From IMG/VR virus record IMGVR_UViG_3300045391_005020: a stretch of DNA of 64,000 nucleotides, one strand, 5' to 3'. The DNA is from a virus. Its lineage: Duplodnaviria > Caudoviricetes. Numbering within the stretch: the stretch's first letter is position 1; each line of letters begins with the position of its first letter. Under the pieces are notes generated by a model. It searched no databases, was not told where the DNA came from, and saw only the letters and a program-made list of their open reading frames with translations. A program made the translations under genes and the position numbers. Shown here piece after piece: positions 10,335 to 17,689 of the stretch.

Positions 10335-10531
10335 GAGATCTGGAATCCGATCGGAGCCGGACGGTTCAGGATGTCGTCGTGGCGGGCTTCGTCTTCTTCG
10401 CGGGCGCAGCGAGCGGCCCGGATCTCGTTGATCAGGAACATGATGGCGGCTCCTACCAGGAAACCGGCCGCGAATCCGACGGAGAGTATGATTGGCACAC
10501 CCGGATCATAACGAGTCAAGTCTATTGTCAA

Positions 10532-10606
10532 TGGTGCTGGCCCAGGGAATTGAACCCCGGTCTGAGCGGTACGAAGGCCCTGTTCTGCTAACTAAACTAG
10601 GCCAGC
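10532..10606 (-). tRNA. tRNA-Thr(CGT), second copy
   Basis: Anticodon loop TTCGTAC; TTCAATT T-loop; CCA. Confidence 0.8.
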
Positions 10607-10660
10607 ATGGCGAGACAATAGATTTGACTGACAGTGTAATATTACATACAGTCGGCCGGT

Positions 10661-11431
10661 ATGCGTACCGCCCTCCTGCTGTTACTATTCGGAACTCTGT
10701 CGGCCGCGGTCCCGGGAATCCCTGAGCCGCCGGCGCCGGGCCCGATCCCGGAAGTGACGCTCGGGTGGTTCAACGACTGGCACGCGATCCCGACCACGCA
10801 CTCGGATGATCACCGGACCAACGCGTTCATCGTGGGGATCCGGATCGACGACTGGGTCTACCAAGTCGACGACTCGATGCTCACGTCGCGCGAGCTCGGG
10901 GTCAGGAACGACGAACTCTCGCTGACCGCAGGCTACATCATCGCGAACGACGAGTCGGCCTCGATCGTCCTCGGCGGCGGGGTTCGGCTCCGCGGAGACT
11001 ATGGCGGCGAGTCCACCCAGAACTGGTGGCATTCGCAGTGGCGCGATTACCCGGTCCACCTTGCGTACGAAGACTCGGTTCCGAGCCCGATTCTCTACAT
11101 GATGAATCACCTGCGGACGTTTCCGCTCAACGATCATTCGCTCGAGATCATCGCGGACGGTGAAGTCCTGTCGGACGCGCTCGCCGTCGATCTCGGGCTG
11201 CGCGACGTCGTGTTCCTGAATGACGCCGGTGACATCCGTATCTGGTTCGGCCCGCGCTGGCAGTTCCGCGAAGATTGGCAGGACAATCAGATCGGTCCCG
11301 AGATCGCTCGATTCGAACGAGGTCTCTGGATCGACTACGGGATCCAGATCGGTCACTTCAGCCTCGGAGAACGCCATGCGATCGGGCGCTCCGAAGGCAT
11401 GGGCACGATCAGCTGGAGCTGTGGATTCTAA
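10661..11431 (+). CDS. secreted outer-membrane beta-barrel, LpxR (lipid A deacylase)-like
   Basis: Signal peptide; NDW...SDDHRTNAF resembles the LpxR N-terminal ND...D..YT motif; amphipathic strands; C-terminal Phe; own promoter at 10615. Confidence 0.55.
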   Translation: MRTALLLLLFGTLSAAVPGIPEPPAPGPIPEVTLGWFNDWHAIPTTHSDDHRTNAFIVGIRIDDWVYQVDDSMLTSRELGVRNDELSLTAGYIIANDESASIVLGGGVRLRGDYGGESTQNWWHSQWRDYPVHLAYEDSVPSPILYMMNHLRTFPLNDHSLEIIADGEVLSDALAVDLGLRDVVFLNDAGDIRIWFGPRWQFREDWQDNQIGPEIARFERGLWIDYGIQIGHFSLGERHAIGRSEGMGTISWSCGF

Positions 11432-11598
11432 TGACCAAAGTACCTCTTTCGCCCTGGACGCGCCTCACGAGTCGCTCCGAACTGGAGTCTGACGCGCGCT
11501 ACTTCAAGCTGCTCGACGAAAACGGCCGGAAGCATCTGACCGCAGAAACAAAGAAGCGCATCGACGCACTCCGGATGATGTACGGCGACGACGCCTGA
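11431..11598 (+). CDS. small hypothetical protein (MTKVPLSPW...)
   Basis: TAATG coupling to the upstream gene. Confidence 0.5.
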   Translation: MTKVPLSPWTRLTSRSELESDARYFKLLDENGRKHLTAETKKRIDALRMMYGDDA

Positions 11599-11601
11599 TG
11601 A

Positions 11602-11679
11602 TGGTCGGCGCCGTGGGAGTCGAACCCACCTGTGACCGCTTATAAGACGGCTTGCGACTGAACCGGTCGCGTGACGCCA
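11602..11679 (-). tRNA. tRNA-Ile(TAT)
   Basis: GCCGT-CTTATAA-GCGGT; TTCGACT T-loop; A73; CCA. Confidence 0.8.
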
Positions 11680-11682
11680 CTG

Positions 11683-12468
11683 TTATGGTTCAGGGGCCCA
11701 GGTGACCGAGCTGAACTCGATGTGCCTGGTAGAGTCTGGATTCCAGACGTCGAACACTTTGACGCCGGTTCCTTCGTCCATCGGGATATAGGCGTCCGCG
11801 GCGCTCACGTTGGTGAGCGGGCTTGGCGGGTTCGACTGATACGTTACCGCATAGAAGTTTCGCATGTAACCGTTGATTCCCGGGTTGTCGTAGCCGACGC
11901 GCATCCCGAGGAGACCAGCGCCCGTCGTGATGTTCGCCCCGACTGTTCCAGAGACCACTGAGACTCCGTTGAGAAACACAGCCGTTACGCGAGACGTGTT
12001 GACGGTGATCCTGATTGTGTTCCACGCACCGAAGTTGAATAGACCGGGAGCTGAGCTGTTCTGGAAGGCTCCGCCCGCCCATTGTGCTTGCCAGCGCAAC
12101 GATCCGTCACCCATCACCCGTAACTCATACCCGTAATTTGAGACGTTCCACGGTGCCCCGAAAGAGAACAAGCCAGCGGATCCAGAGGCGTGATTGACTT
12201 CGAACTCCCACGTGCGGGCCTGGAGACCGCCGGCCGCGATGTGCCACATCGTGTTTCCGCGCCCGTAGAACGCCTGGTTGGTGCTGCCGAGGCTCTGGAG
12301 GTTGGTGTCGAACGGCCGATCGTAAATCGTTTCCGGCATGCGCCCGCCCTGGACGGCTTCAACATGCGAGAGAGCCTCGGTCTTCCGGAACCTGTCTTGC
12401 TCGATCTGGTTCTGCTGGCCAGCTGGAGTTCGACTCTTACCGTTGTCGGTTACGCGGAATTTAGGCAT
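11683..12468 (-). CDS. LamG/concanavalin-like domain protein
   Basis: WNTIRITV...VFLNGVSV...INGYMRNF...PMDEGTG beta-sandwich pattern. Confidence 0.6.
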   Translation of the reverse strand: MPKFRVTDNGKSRTPAGQQNQIEQDRFRKTEALSHVEAVQGGRMPETIYDRPFDTNLQSLGSTNQAFYGRGNTMWHIAAGGLQARTWEFEVNHASGSAGLFSFGAPWNVSNYGYELRVMGDGSLRWQAQWAGGAFQNSSAPGLFNFGAWNTIRITVNTSRVTAVFLNGVSVVSGTVGANITTGAGLLGMRVGYDNPGINGYMRNFYAVTYQSNPPSPLTNVSAADAYIPMDEGTGVKVFDVWNPDSTRHIEFSSVTWAPEP

Positions 12469-12506
12469 ACCACAGAGTTTATGGTTGCCATGTCGGCATA
12501 CTAGGG

Positions 12507-12582
12507 TGGCGTCGCGGGGTGGGCTCGAACCACCAGCCTCCAGCTTCGGAGGCTGGTGCTCGTCCGATCGAGCTGCCGCGAC
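12507..12582 (-). tRNA. tRNA-Arg(CCG)
   Basis: CCAGC-CTCCGAA-GCTGG; CCA. Confidence 0.9.
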
Positions 12583-12586
12583 AAAA

Positions 12587-12661
12587 TGGAACGCATGCTG
12601 GGAATCGCACCCAGATCCTCTCGCTGGCAGCGAGACGTCTTAGCTGTTAGACGACACACGC
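12587..12661 (-). tRNA. tRNA-Gly(GCC)
   Basis: TCTCG-CTGCCAG-CGAGA; U73; CCA. Confidence 0.9.
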
Positions 12662-12667
12662 GTGAAA

Positions 12668-13096
12668 CTAAAGAAGCGGAAGCTGTCCCGTCACGGGATC
12701 GATCTCGTGGTCCCAGTGTGGACCGATCGCCAGACACGTCTTGGTCGGAACCCCGTTGAACTCGGTGAGGCCGCGGTCTTCGATCAGATGACACCGTAGC
12801 CCACGAGCCTTCGCGGCCAGCTCGATGTCGAGCAAGGCCTGCTCGGACTCAACGTAGCAGCAGATCTTCCGGAAGTTGCCGAAGTACCAGGCTTGCTCGG
12901 CCGGATCCAGGAAGATCCCGTCGAGCTCGATTTTGACGTCGTTGTCCTTCAGGCCTGGACGGCTCTCGCGCGGCCCGAACACTTTGAGCATCAGGGCTGC
13001 GATGCTGGCATGAGATCCCTGAGCGATCATCTTACCCTTGCGCATATTGAGGTCCTTGCGGACCACGATCACTTGCTTAACCGAGTTGACTGACAT
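12668..13096 (-). CDS. pth2: peptidyl-tRNA hydrolase type 2
   Basis: KQVIVVRKDLNMRKGKMIAQGSHA, IEDRGLTEF, TCLAIGP, IDPVTGQLPLL. Confidence 0.95.
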   Translation of the reverse strand: MSVNSVKQVIVVRKDLNMRKGKMIAQGSHASIAALMLKVFGPRESRPGLKDNDVKIELDGIFLDPAEQAWYFGNFRKICCYVESEQALLDIELAAKARGLRCHLIEDRGLTEFNGVPTKTCLAIGPHWDHEIDPVTGQLPLL

Positions 13097-13135
13097 GGCA
13101 GCACTGTACAGAGTCCTTGTTGGGTTGGAAGGAAA

Positions 13136-13212
13136 TGGTCCGCCGCGTAGGACGTGCGCCTACATCCCCCGGTTAAGAGCCGGGTGCATCTGTCTGTTTA
13201 TGCTTGCAGCGA
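13136..13212 (-). tRNA. tRNA-Lys(CTT)
   Basis: CCCGG-CTCTTAA-CCGGG; CCA. Confidence 0.9.
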
Positions 13213-13218
13213 ATGAAG

Positions 13219-13293
13219 TGGTTGACCACCACGGGGTCGATCCGTGTTCCCTCGGTTAAAAGCCGAGTGCATCAGCCCTAATGCTTGTGATCT
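13219..13293 (-). tRNA. tRNA-Lys(TTT)
   Basis: CTCGG-CTTTTAA-CCGAG; CCA. Confidence 0.88.
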
Positions 13294-13299
13294 GTGAAA

Positions 13300-13373
13300 T
13301 GGAGGCGCGAGGAGGAATCAAACCTCCGTGGACAGGGTTGCAATCTGCCGCCTGGTCACTCGGCCATCGCGTC
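13300..13373 (-). tRNA. tRNA-Cys(GCA)
   Basis: Anticodon loop TTGCAAC; U73; CCA. Confidence 0.88.
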
Positions 13374-13470
13374 TTGAAAAGTAAAGGGTGCCCGTTCTTC
13401 CTATTGGTAGAAGAACGGGACTTGTTGGTGTCACGCGTGATGACACCACGGGTACGGTCGTCCGGCCCAG

Positions 13471-13758
13471 TCAGGCGACTTCTGGAGTTCGCTGCTCCGG
13501 GAGACCGAGGAACGCATTGCGCATGTTCTCGATGCGCGACTCTGGCGACCGGTGCGCCGTCGGCTTACCGCGGATCACAAGCGAGAGGTCGTGAAGGGTG
13601 CTGATCAGGAGCGCGTTGTAGTGCGCCTGAGACTGCGCGACGCGAGCTGCGTTGCTCACGTGTGGCTCGTGCGTGACCGCCTTGAAGGCGACCTGCATGG
13701 CAACGAGCTTCTTGAGCTCGCACCGTATTTTGTAGACGTCGTCGGAGATCTGGGACAT
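13471..13758 (-). CDS. hypothetical protein
   Basis: 95 aa with an AAAGG SD. Confidence 0.55.
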   Translation of the reverse strand: MSQISDDVYKIRCELKKLVAMQVAFKAVTHEPHVSNAARVAQSQAHYNALLISTLHDLSLVIRGKPTAHRSPESRIENMRNAFLGLPEQRTPEVA

Positions 13759-13761
13759 TGG

Positions 13762-14097
13762 TTACCTTTCAGGATTCCAGAGTTTGTGGTGACGAAACAG
13801 TTTCCTGGCCTCGCCCGAGATGGGCGCGGTCGCGAGCGCGGTAGCGGCGTTGCCGATATCGGGCTCTCGGAAGAGAGTGAGAGGAATGCCGGCCCCGGTG
13901 AGCCGCTCAGCTTCCTGGAGAAGCTCGAGCTCAGACGGGACACCGATCACGATCAGGTGGCTGATCTGGTCGGTCTGGTACGGGTGGAGGAGTGCGACCT
14001 CGTGGGTCGCGTGGGCAGCCTGAACAAGCTGCTGGGCCAATGGCAGGTCTAGCCTGACAAGGCAGTAGACGTAGCCGGGTAGCTAGGCGTTCTTCAT
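13762..14097 (-). CDS. Pth2-like (PTRHD1-type) protein with an in-frame amber codon at codon 5
   Basis: ATG AAG AAC GCC TAG CTA CCC... reads MKNA*LPGYVYCLVRLDLPLAQQLVQAAHA...FREPD...TALATAP; VRLDL and QAAHA match the Pth2 motifs VRKDL and QGSHA. Confidence 0.8.
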
Positions 14098-14138
14098 GGT
14101 AACGATTTCACCAAGCTGACCAGGGCGGTCAAGGCTAT

Positions 14139-14372
14139 TCAATCTTCGTAATCCAGCTTCTGGAGCTCGTCCAGATCGCGGTCACTCAGGTGCTCTTCGG
14201 GCGAGGGCGTGTTCAGCAAGGTGACGCCGTTGATCGCGGTCACGTGCTTCATGTAGCGCTTCAGGAGCTCTTTGTAGTCGGGCTCAGCCTGCTGGACCAT
14301 AACGGCAAGCCGGTTATTCGACTTACCGATCTGGCGCAGGTTGGCTTTGAAGGTATCGGACGCTTTAGTCAT
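14139..14372 (-). CDS. hypothetical protein
   Basis: 77 aa with an AGGAG SD. Confidence 0.65.
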   Translation of the reverse strand: MTKASDTFKANLRQIGKSNNRLAVMVQQAEPDYKELLKRYMKHVTAINGVTLLNTPSPEEHLSDRDLDELQKLDYED

Positions 14373-14384
14373 GGCTGGCTCCTA

Positions 14385-14460
14385 TGGTGCCCCCGGTGGG
14401 ATTCTCGCCCACAACCGCCGGGTTTAGAATCCGCCGCTCTTGATATTGAGCTACGGGGGC
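14385..14460 (-). tRNA. amber suppressor tRNA (anticodon CTA)
   Basis: Canonical spacing: GCCCCCG acceptor, GCTC/GAGC D-stem, GCGGA-TTCTAAA-CCCGG, GTGGG/CCCAC T-stem, A73, CCA. Only 3 Watson-Crick pairs in the anticodon stem. Confidence 0.75.
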
Positions 14461-14517
14461 ATGGGGGACTATGGCACAATATAACGCCACAGTCAAGGCC
14501 ATTGTCACGAATCGGAC

Positions 14518-15411
14518 CTACTCCTGGCCCTCGCGCTTGTATTCATTCATCTTACTGATCTTCAGGTTGACCTCTTCGACTGCCTGCTTCTTCTGCTTGG
14601 TCTTGGCACCTTTACGGGCGCTGGCAGAGCGTTCGTCGATCATGCGGTCTCTGGTGTTGCCGAGCAGGTCCTCGGTGGCGCTGAACAGACGCTTAACCGA
14701 TTTGTCTTCGCGCCACTGCTCTATCGCCCAGGTGCAGTTCCAGTAGTTGTCGCTGGAGCCCGAACCGATGCGATCACCCAGCACCGCGTTGCGGAGGACC
14801 AAGATCGGACTGCCTTCAGGCAGATCCGTGCCGGCCAGGTATGAGTCGATGAACTCCTCGGCCTTCCGAGGATAGAAGTGATGGAAAACCACCATTGCCG
14901 CCGCGATGGTCGCGCGGGTTAAACGAGCACGTTTCGTGTTGAATTTCCCGGTCACGAACTCGAACGACGCAGACATCTTGAGGAAAGTGTCCTCGAGTTC
15001 GTCGATCGTCGGGCGGTGGTGGACGCCGGTGCACTTCAGATACTGGCTAACGATCTGATTGCAGAGACGGTTATGGGCCGGGTCATTCAGAAGTTTGAGG
15101 CACTCGAAGCTGGTACGATTGCGACCGCGGTCCGTATGCTTAGCGATTTCAGGACTACCGCCGCGCATGACGTACATCCACTGCCCTTTGCCAGTAATGA
15201 CGATCGCGGCGAGTCGGTGTTGGCCGTCGAGTACTTCACCGTCTTTACCGATGCAGATACCCTGATGGGTCGTCATGAACTCATCGTTCATAATAAGCCG
15301 GACGAAGTAATCGGTATTGGCCGGCGTCATCGGGCGCGCGTTGTTGTGGTTGTGGTTTTTTAGCAAGTCCTCGGCTATTTCCTTGGACACGTATTCTCGG
15401 TTGTACGACAT
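14518..15411 (-). CDS. ParB N-terminal-like domain protein
   Basis: NARPM...THQGICIGKDGEVLDGQHRLAAI. Confidence 0.65.
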   Translation of the reverse strand: MSYNREYVSKEIAEDLLKNHNHNNARPMTPANTDYFVRLIMNDEFMTTHQGICIGKDGEVLDGQHRLAAIVITGKGQWMYVMRGGSPEIAKHTDRGRNRTSFECLKLLNDPAHNRLCNQIVSQYLKCTGVHHRPTIDELEDTFLKMSASFEFVTGKFNTKRARLTRATIAAAMVVFHHFYPRKAEEFIDSYLAGTDLPEGSPILVLRNAVLGDRIGSGSSDNYWNCTWAIEQWREDKSVKRLFSATEDLLGNTRDRMIDERSASARKGAKTKQKKQAVEEVNLKISKMNEYKREGQE

Positions 15412-15525
15412 AGGATCTTTCCCGCCCGCTGTGGGCCATTTCGTAGACAGTGTAAATTCGCGTTACCGAGGCCAAATATACGAGCTGTTGCACACAGTCA
15501 AGATCATTGTATTGATCGTACTAAA

Positions 15526-15603
15526 TGGTCGGGATGGCGGGATTTGAACCCACGATCTCCTGGTCCCAAGCCAGGCGGAGTAACCAGACTCTCCTACACC
15601 CCT
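15526..15603 (-). tRNA. tRNA-Pro(TGG)
   Basis: CCTGG-CTTGGGA-CCAGG; CCA. Confidence 0.9.
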
Positions 15604-15610
15604 ATGAAAA

Positions 15611-15687
15611 TGGTCAGAGTGGTTGGATTTGAACCAACGATCTCCTGGATCCGAACCAGGCAGAATACCAAGCTTTCCCACACTCTG
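15611..15687 (-). tRNA. tRNA-Pro(CGG)
   Basis: CCTGG-TTCGGAT-CCAGG; CCA. Confidence 0.92.
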
Positions 15688-15692
15688 AAAAA

Positions 15693-15767
15693 TGGCGCCC
15701 CCACGCGGTGCTGCCCCGCGCTCTCCTGATAGACAATCAGGCGTCTTAGCTGATGGACGATGAGAGC
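15693..15767 (-). tRNA. tRNA-Asp(GTC)
   Basis: CCTGA-TTGTCTA-TCAGG; G73; CCA. Confidence 0.88.
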
Positions 15768-15771
15768 AAAA

Positions 15772-15865
15772 GCCCGCGCTTTATTCGACCGCCTTCGCGG
15801 CCACCCGTTCAACCGACGGGCAGGTCAGCCTTACGGCTGCGCGGAACCTGATTGCCTTGCGGCAC
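15772..15865 (-). ncRNA. candidate small structured RNA with GNRA hairpins
   Basis: TGCC-GCAA-GGCA; CAGGT/ACCTG enclosing CAGCC-GTAA-GGCTG; CCCGT/ACGGG. Confidence 0.45.
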
Positions 15866-15868
15866 GAA

Positions 15869-15943
15869 TGGTGGATCCGAGGTGACTCGCACACCTATCC
15901 CTCTGCTTGCAAAGCAGCCGCTCTTCTTTGGAGCTACGAACCC
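15869..15943 (-). tRNA. tRNA-Ala(TGC)
   Basis: Anticodon loop TTTGCAA; G3:U70; CCA. Confidence 0.9.
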
Positions 15944-15965
15944 GAAAAACATGCAGATAACGCGC

Positions 15966-16062
15966 TGGTTCCCGCGGCCTATTGATTTGCTATTCCGCCC
16001 GGACGGGAGCGGTTGCTGGCTCGAGCACAGCGGCGGCGTGTTACCAATTACACTAACCGGAG
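15966..16062 (-). ncRNA. degenerate tRNA-like RNA with an expanded anticodon arm
   Basis: D-arm GTGT-AATTGGTA-ACAC; CCGCC...GGCGG enclosing an insertion; ends ACCA; T-arm degraded. Confidence 0.35.
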
Positions 16063-16234
16063 CAACCCGGCCGGGCGTCGAACCCGATTTCCGCAAGAGG
16101 TGACCGCTCCATGCCTGGTACGGGTTGAGCGCGATCTCGAGCAGCGCTGCAGCGTGGCTCGATGTTTCGCTCGGTCATTCTCGTCCTAAGGGGACGGGTG
16201 GCCCGTAGAGGATTTGATCCTCAGCGATCATGAA

Positions 16235-16311
16235 TGGAGGGAGAAGGCGGAATCGAACCGTCTTGCGAGCGCGCCCGCATCGAGCCCAGGTATCCCTGTT
16301 CGAATTCTCCC
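16235..16311 (-). ncRNA. tRNA-like RNA with no anticodon loop
   Basis: GGGAGAA/TTCTCCC acceptor, GACGG-TTCGATT-CCGCC T-arm, U-CCA; the middle arms are non-canonical. Confidence 0.65.
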
Positions 16312-16316
16312 ATGAA

Positions 16317-16405
16317 TGGCGGGGTGAGATGGGTTCTATACCACCGACCTCTCATTGGCCGACATTGCTGTCGGCGAATAAGTGCTCTCGCTGAGCTACC
16401 ACCCC
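16317..16405 (-). ncRNA. tRNA-like RNA with the anticodon loop replaced by a GCAA-capped hairpin
   Basis: GCTC-AGCGA-GAGC D-arm; CTTAT-TC-GCCGACA-GCAA-TGTCGGC-CA-ATGAG; CCA. Confidence 0.65.
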
Positions 16406-16470
16406 AAAGAGGATCCGTCGGTCACGAACACTGATGAGGTGCTCGATTCGGTCATCAGCCGACCGACGGC

Positions 16471-16813
16471 GTTAAGTTGTTTGAAGCGAGCTCGAGTGAG
16501 GGGTTACAATTCCCTGACTTATCTCCGCAATCACGTATTCGACCATCCTGCCTCATCCGTGCCCGAACGGCCGTTCGGGACACCGGGTCAACAGCAGGAG
16601 GAGGACTCTCACCTCCACACGCTCGCCTTCTAGTCGTTATATTTGGCTACCAAGCGTGGCTCTCGAGTTGCGCACCGATGAACACCCAATGCGTCTCGAT
16701 CGTCGTCTTGCGCTTTCGCGTTCTTTCGTACCTCTTTATGTTCTCAAGAGTGCCTTGGTCCCCGAAGGACGGGTTGGCTCGGCCACACGCGGGCGCGCTT
16801 CAATCAACTTAAC
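16471..16813 (-). ncRNA. large structured ncRNA (~340 nt) closed by a long terminal helix
   Basis: GTTAAGTTGATTGAAGCGCGC pairs with GCTCGCTTCAAACAACTTAAC; many internal hairpins; preceded by boxA and a promoter motif; no credible ORF. Confidence 0.65.
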
Positions 16814-16820
16814 AAACTGG

Positions 16821-16832
16821 ATTTCAAAGATC
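16821..16832 (-). promoter_or_regulatory. boxA-like antitermination site
   Basis: GATCTTTGAAAT just downstream of the promoter motif at 16864. Confidence 0.6.
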
Positions 16833-16884
16833 GAAGCACAGATAATCCGGTCCCGGCCATGATAGTCAAGGCCATTGTTATGAT

Positions 16885-16961
16885 TGGTTGCGAGTCTTGG
16901 AATTGCACCAAGCTACTTGGCTTATGAGACCAGGCAGGATCTATCTCCTGTCGAACTCGCA
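16885..16961 (-). tRNA. tRNA-Met(CAT) (could be Ile2 if lysidine-modified)
   Basis: Anticodon loop CTCATAA; CCA. Confidence 0.8.
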
Positions 16962-16966
16962 TTGAA

Positions 16967-17042
16967 TGGTACGCGACGATGGATTCGAACCACCGGTCTT
17001 CTCGATGTCACCGAGTTGCTCTGGCCGCTGAGCTAGTCGCGT
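16967..17042 (-). tRNA. tRNA-Val(GAC)
   Basis: Anticodon loop GTGACAT; TTCGAAT T-loop; CCA. Confidence 0.9.
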
Positions 17043-17047
17043 ATGAA

Positions 17048-17122
17048 TGGTGGTCAGCCAGGGACTCGAACCCTGATTCTCCGGGTGTAGGCCGGGCGTT
17101 CTTGCCGTTGAACTAGCCGACG
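17048..17122 (-). tRNA. tRNA-Val(TAC)
   Basis: Anticodon loop CCTACAC (C33); CCA. Confidence 0.85.
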
Positions 17123-17127
17123 ATGAA

Positions 17128-17201
17128 TGGCACCCACTGATGGAATTGAACCACCGCCTGAACGTTCGTAGCGTCCCGGTCTTCCGTTAGCCTAAGCGGG
17201 C
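17128..17201 (-). tRNA. tRNA-Arg(ACG)
   Basis: GGACG-CTACGAA-CGTTC; CCA. Confidence 0.88.
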
Positions 17202-17224
17202 GTGTCCCTACCTGCGCAGGGAAA

Positions 17225-17299
17225 TGGTACTCGGTCAGGGTTCTGCCCCCTGTTCTCGCGGATGAAAGCCGCGGATCTTAGCTAGTGGACGAACCGAGC
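17225..17299 (-). tRNA. tRNA-Glu(TTC)
   Basis: CGCGG-CTTTCAT-CCGCG; CCA. Confidence 0.88.
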
Positions 17300-17304
17300 A
17301 TGAA

Positions 17305-17380
17305 TGGGCCAAGAGACCGGATTCGCACCGGCATCACGGGAGACACAATCCCGCATCCTCACTGTTGGACGACTCTAGGC
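17305..17380 (-). tRNA. tRNA-His(GTG)
   Basis: CGGGA-TTGTGTC-TCCCG; G-1 and C73; CCA. Confidence 0.9.
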
Positions 17381-17385
17381 ATGAA

Positions 17386-17460
17386 TGGGTGACCCGCGAG
17401 GATTCGAACCTCGAGCAGCGAGATCCAAAGTCTCGCGTTCTACCATTGAACTACAGGTCA
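17386..17460 (-). tRNA. tRNA-Gln(TTG)
   Basis: CGAGA-CTTTGGA-TCTCG; U1-A72; CCA. Confidence 0.9.
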
Positions 17461-17614
17461 GTGAAAAAGGTCAGGCGCTCTTCCGGGTTAAGCTAGCAAG
17501 ACAAGGGCCTGGGCGCATGGCGTCGATCGCCGCTTCCGCGCTGTTCCGCGAGTGTCGTCGAGGCCTCGACGACTGCTCTTCTTGGACGGGATTCGAACCC
17601 GCATCTCCTGAGAG

Positions 17615-17689
17615 TGGTAGTCCTACTGTGTGCTGCCCACAGTTTGTCCGGCTGAGAACCGGGTGTACTAGCTGGTGTACGATAGGACC
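17615..17689 (-). tRNA. tRNA-Glu(CTC), nested in a second tRNA-like frame
   Basis: CCCGG-TTCTCAG-CCGGA; CTGTG-GGCAGCA-CACAG; CCA. Confidence 0.8.

Noticed and set aside
16415-16469. Hammerhead ribozyme suggested by CTGATGA
   Set aside because: CTGATGA is fully paired with TCATCAG in a hairpin, and no correctly placed GAAA core is present.
16235-16813. tmRNA, RNase P or SRP RNA
   Set aside because: No Ala-type acceptor with a tag frame, no GAGGAAAGUCC motif, and no intact SRP domain IV motif could be seen.
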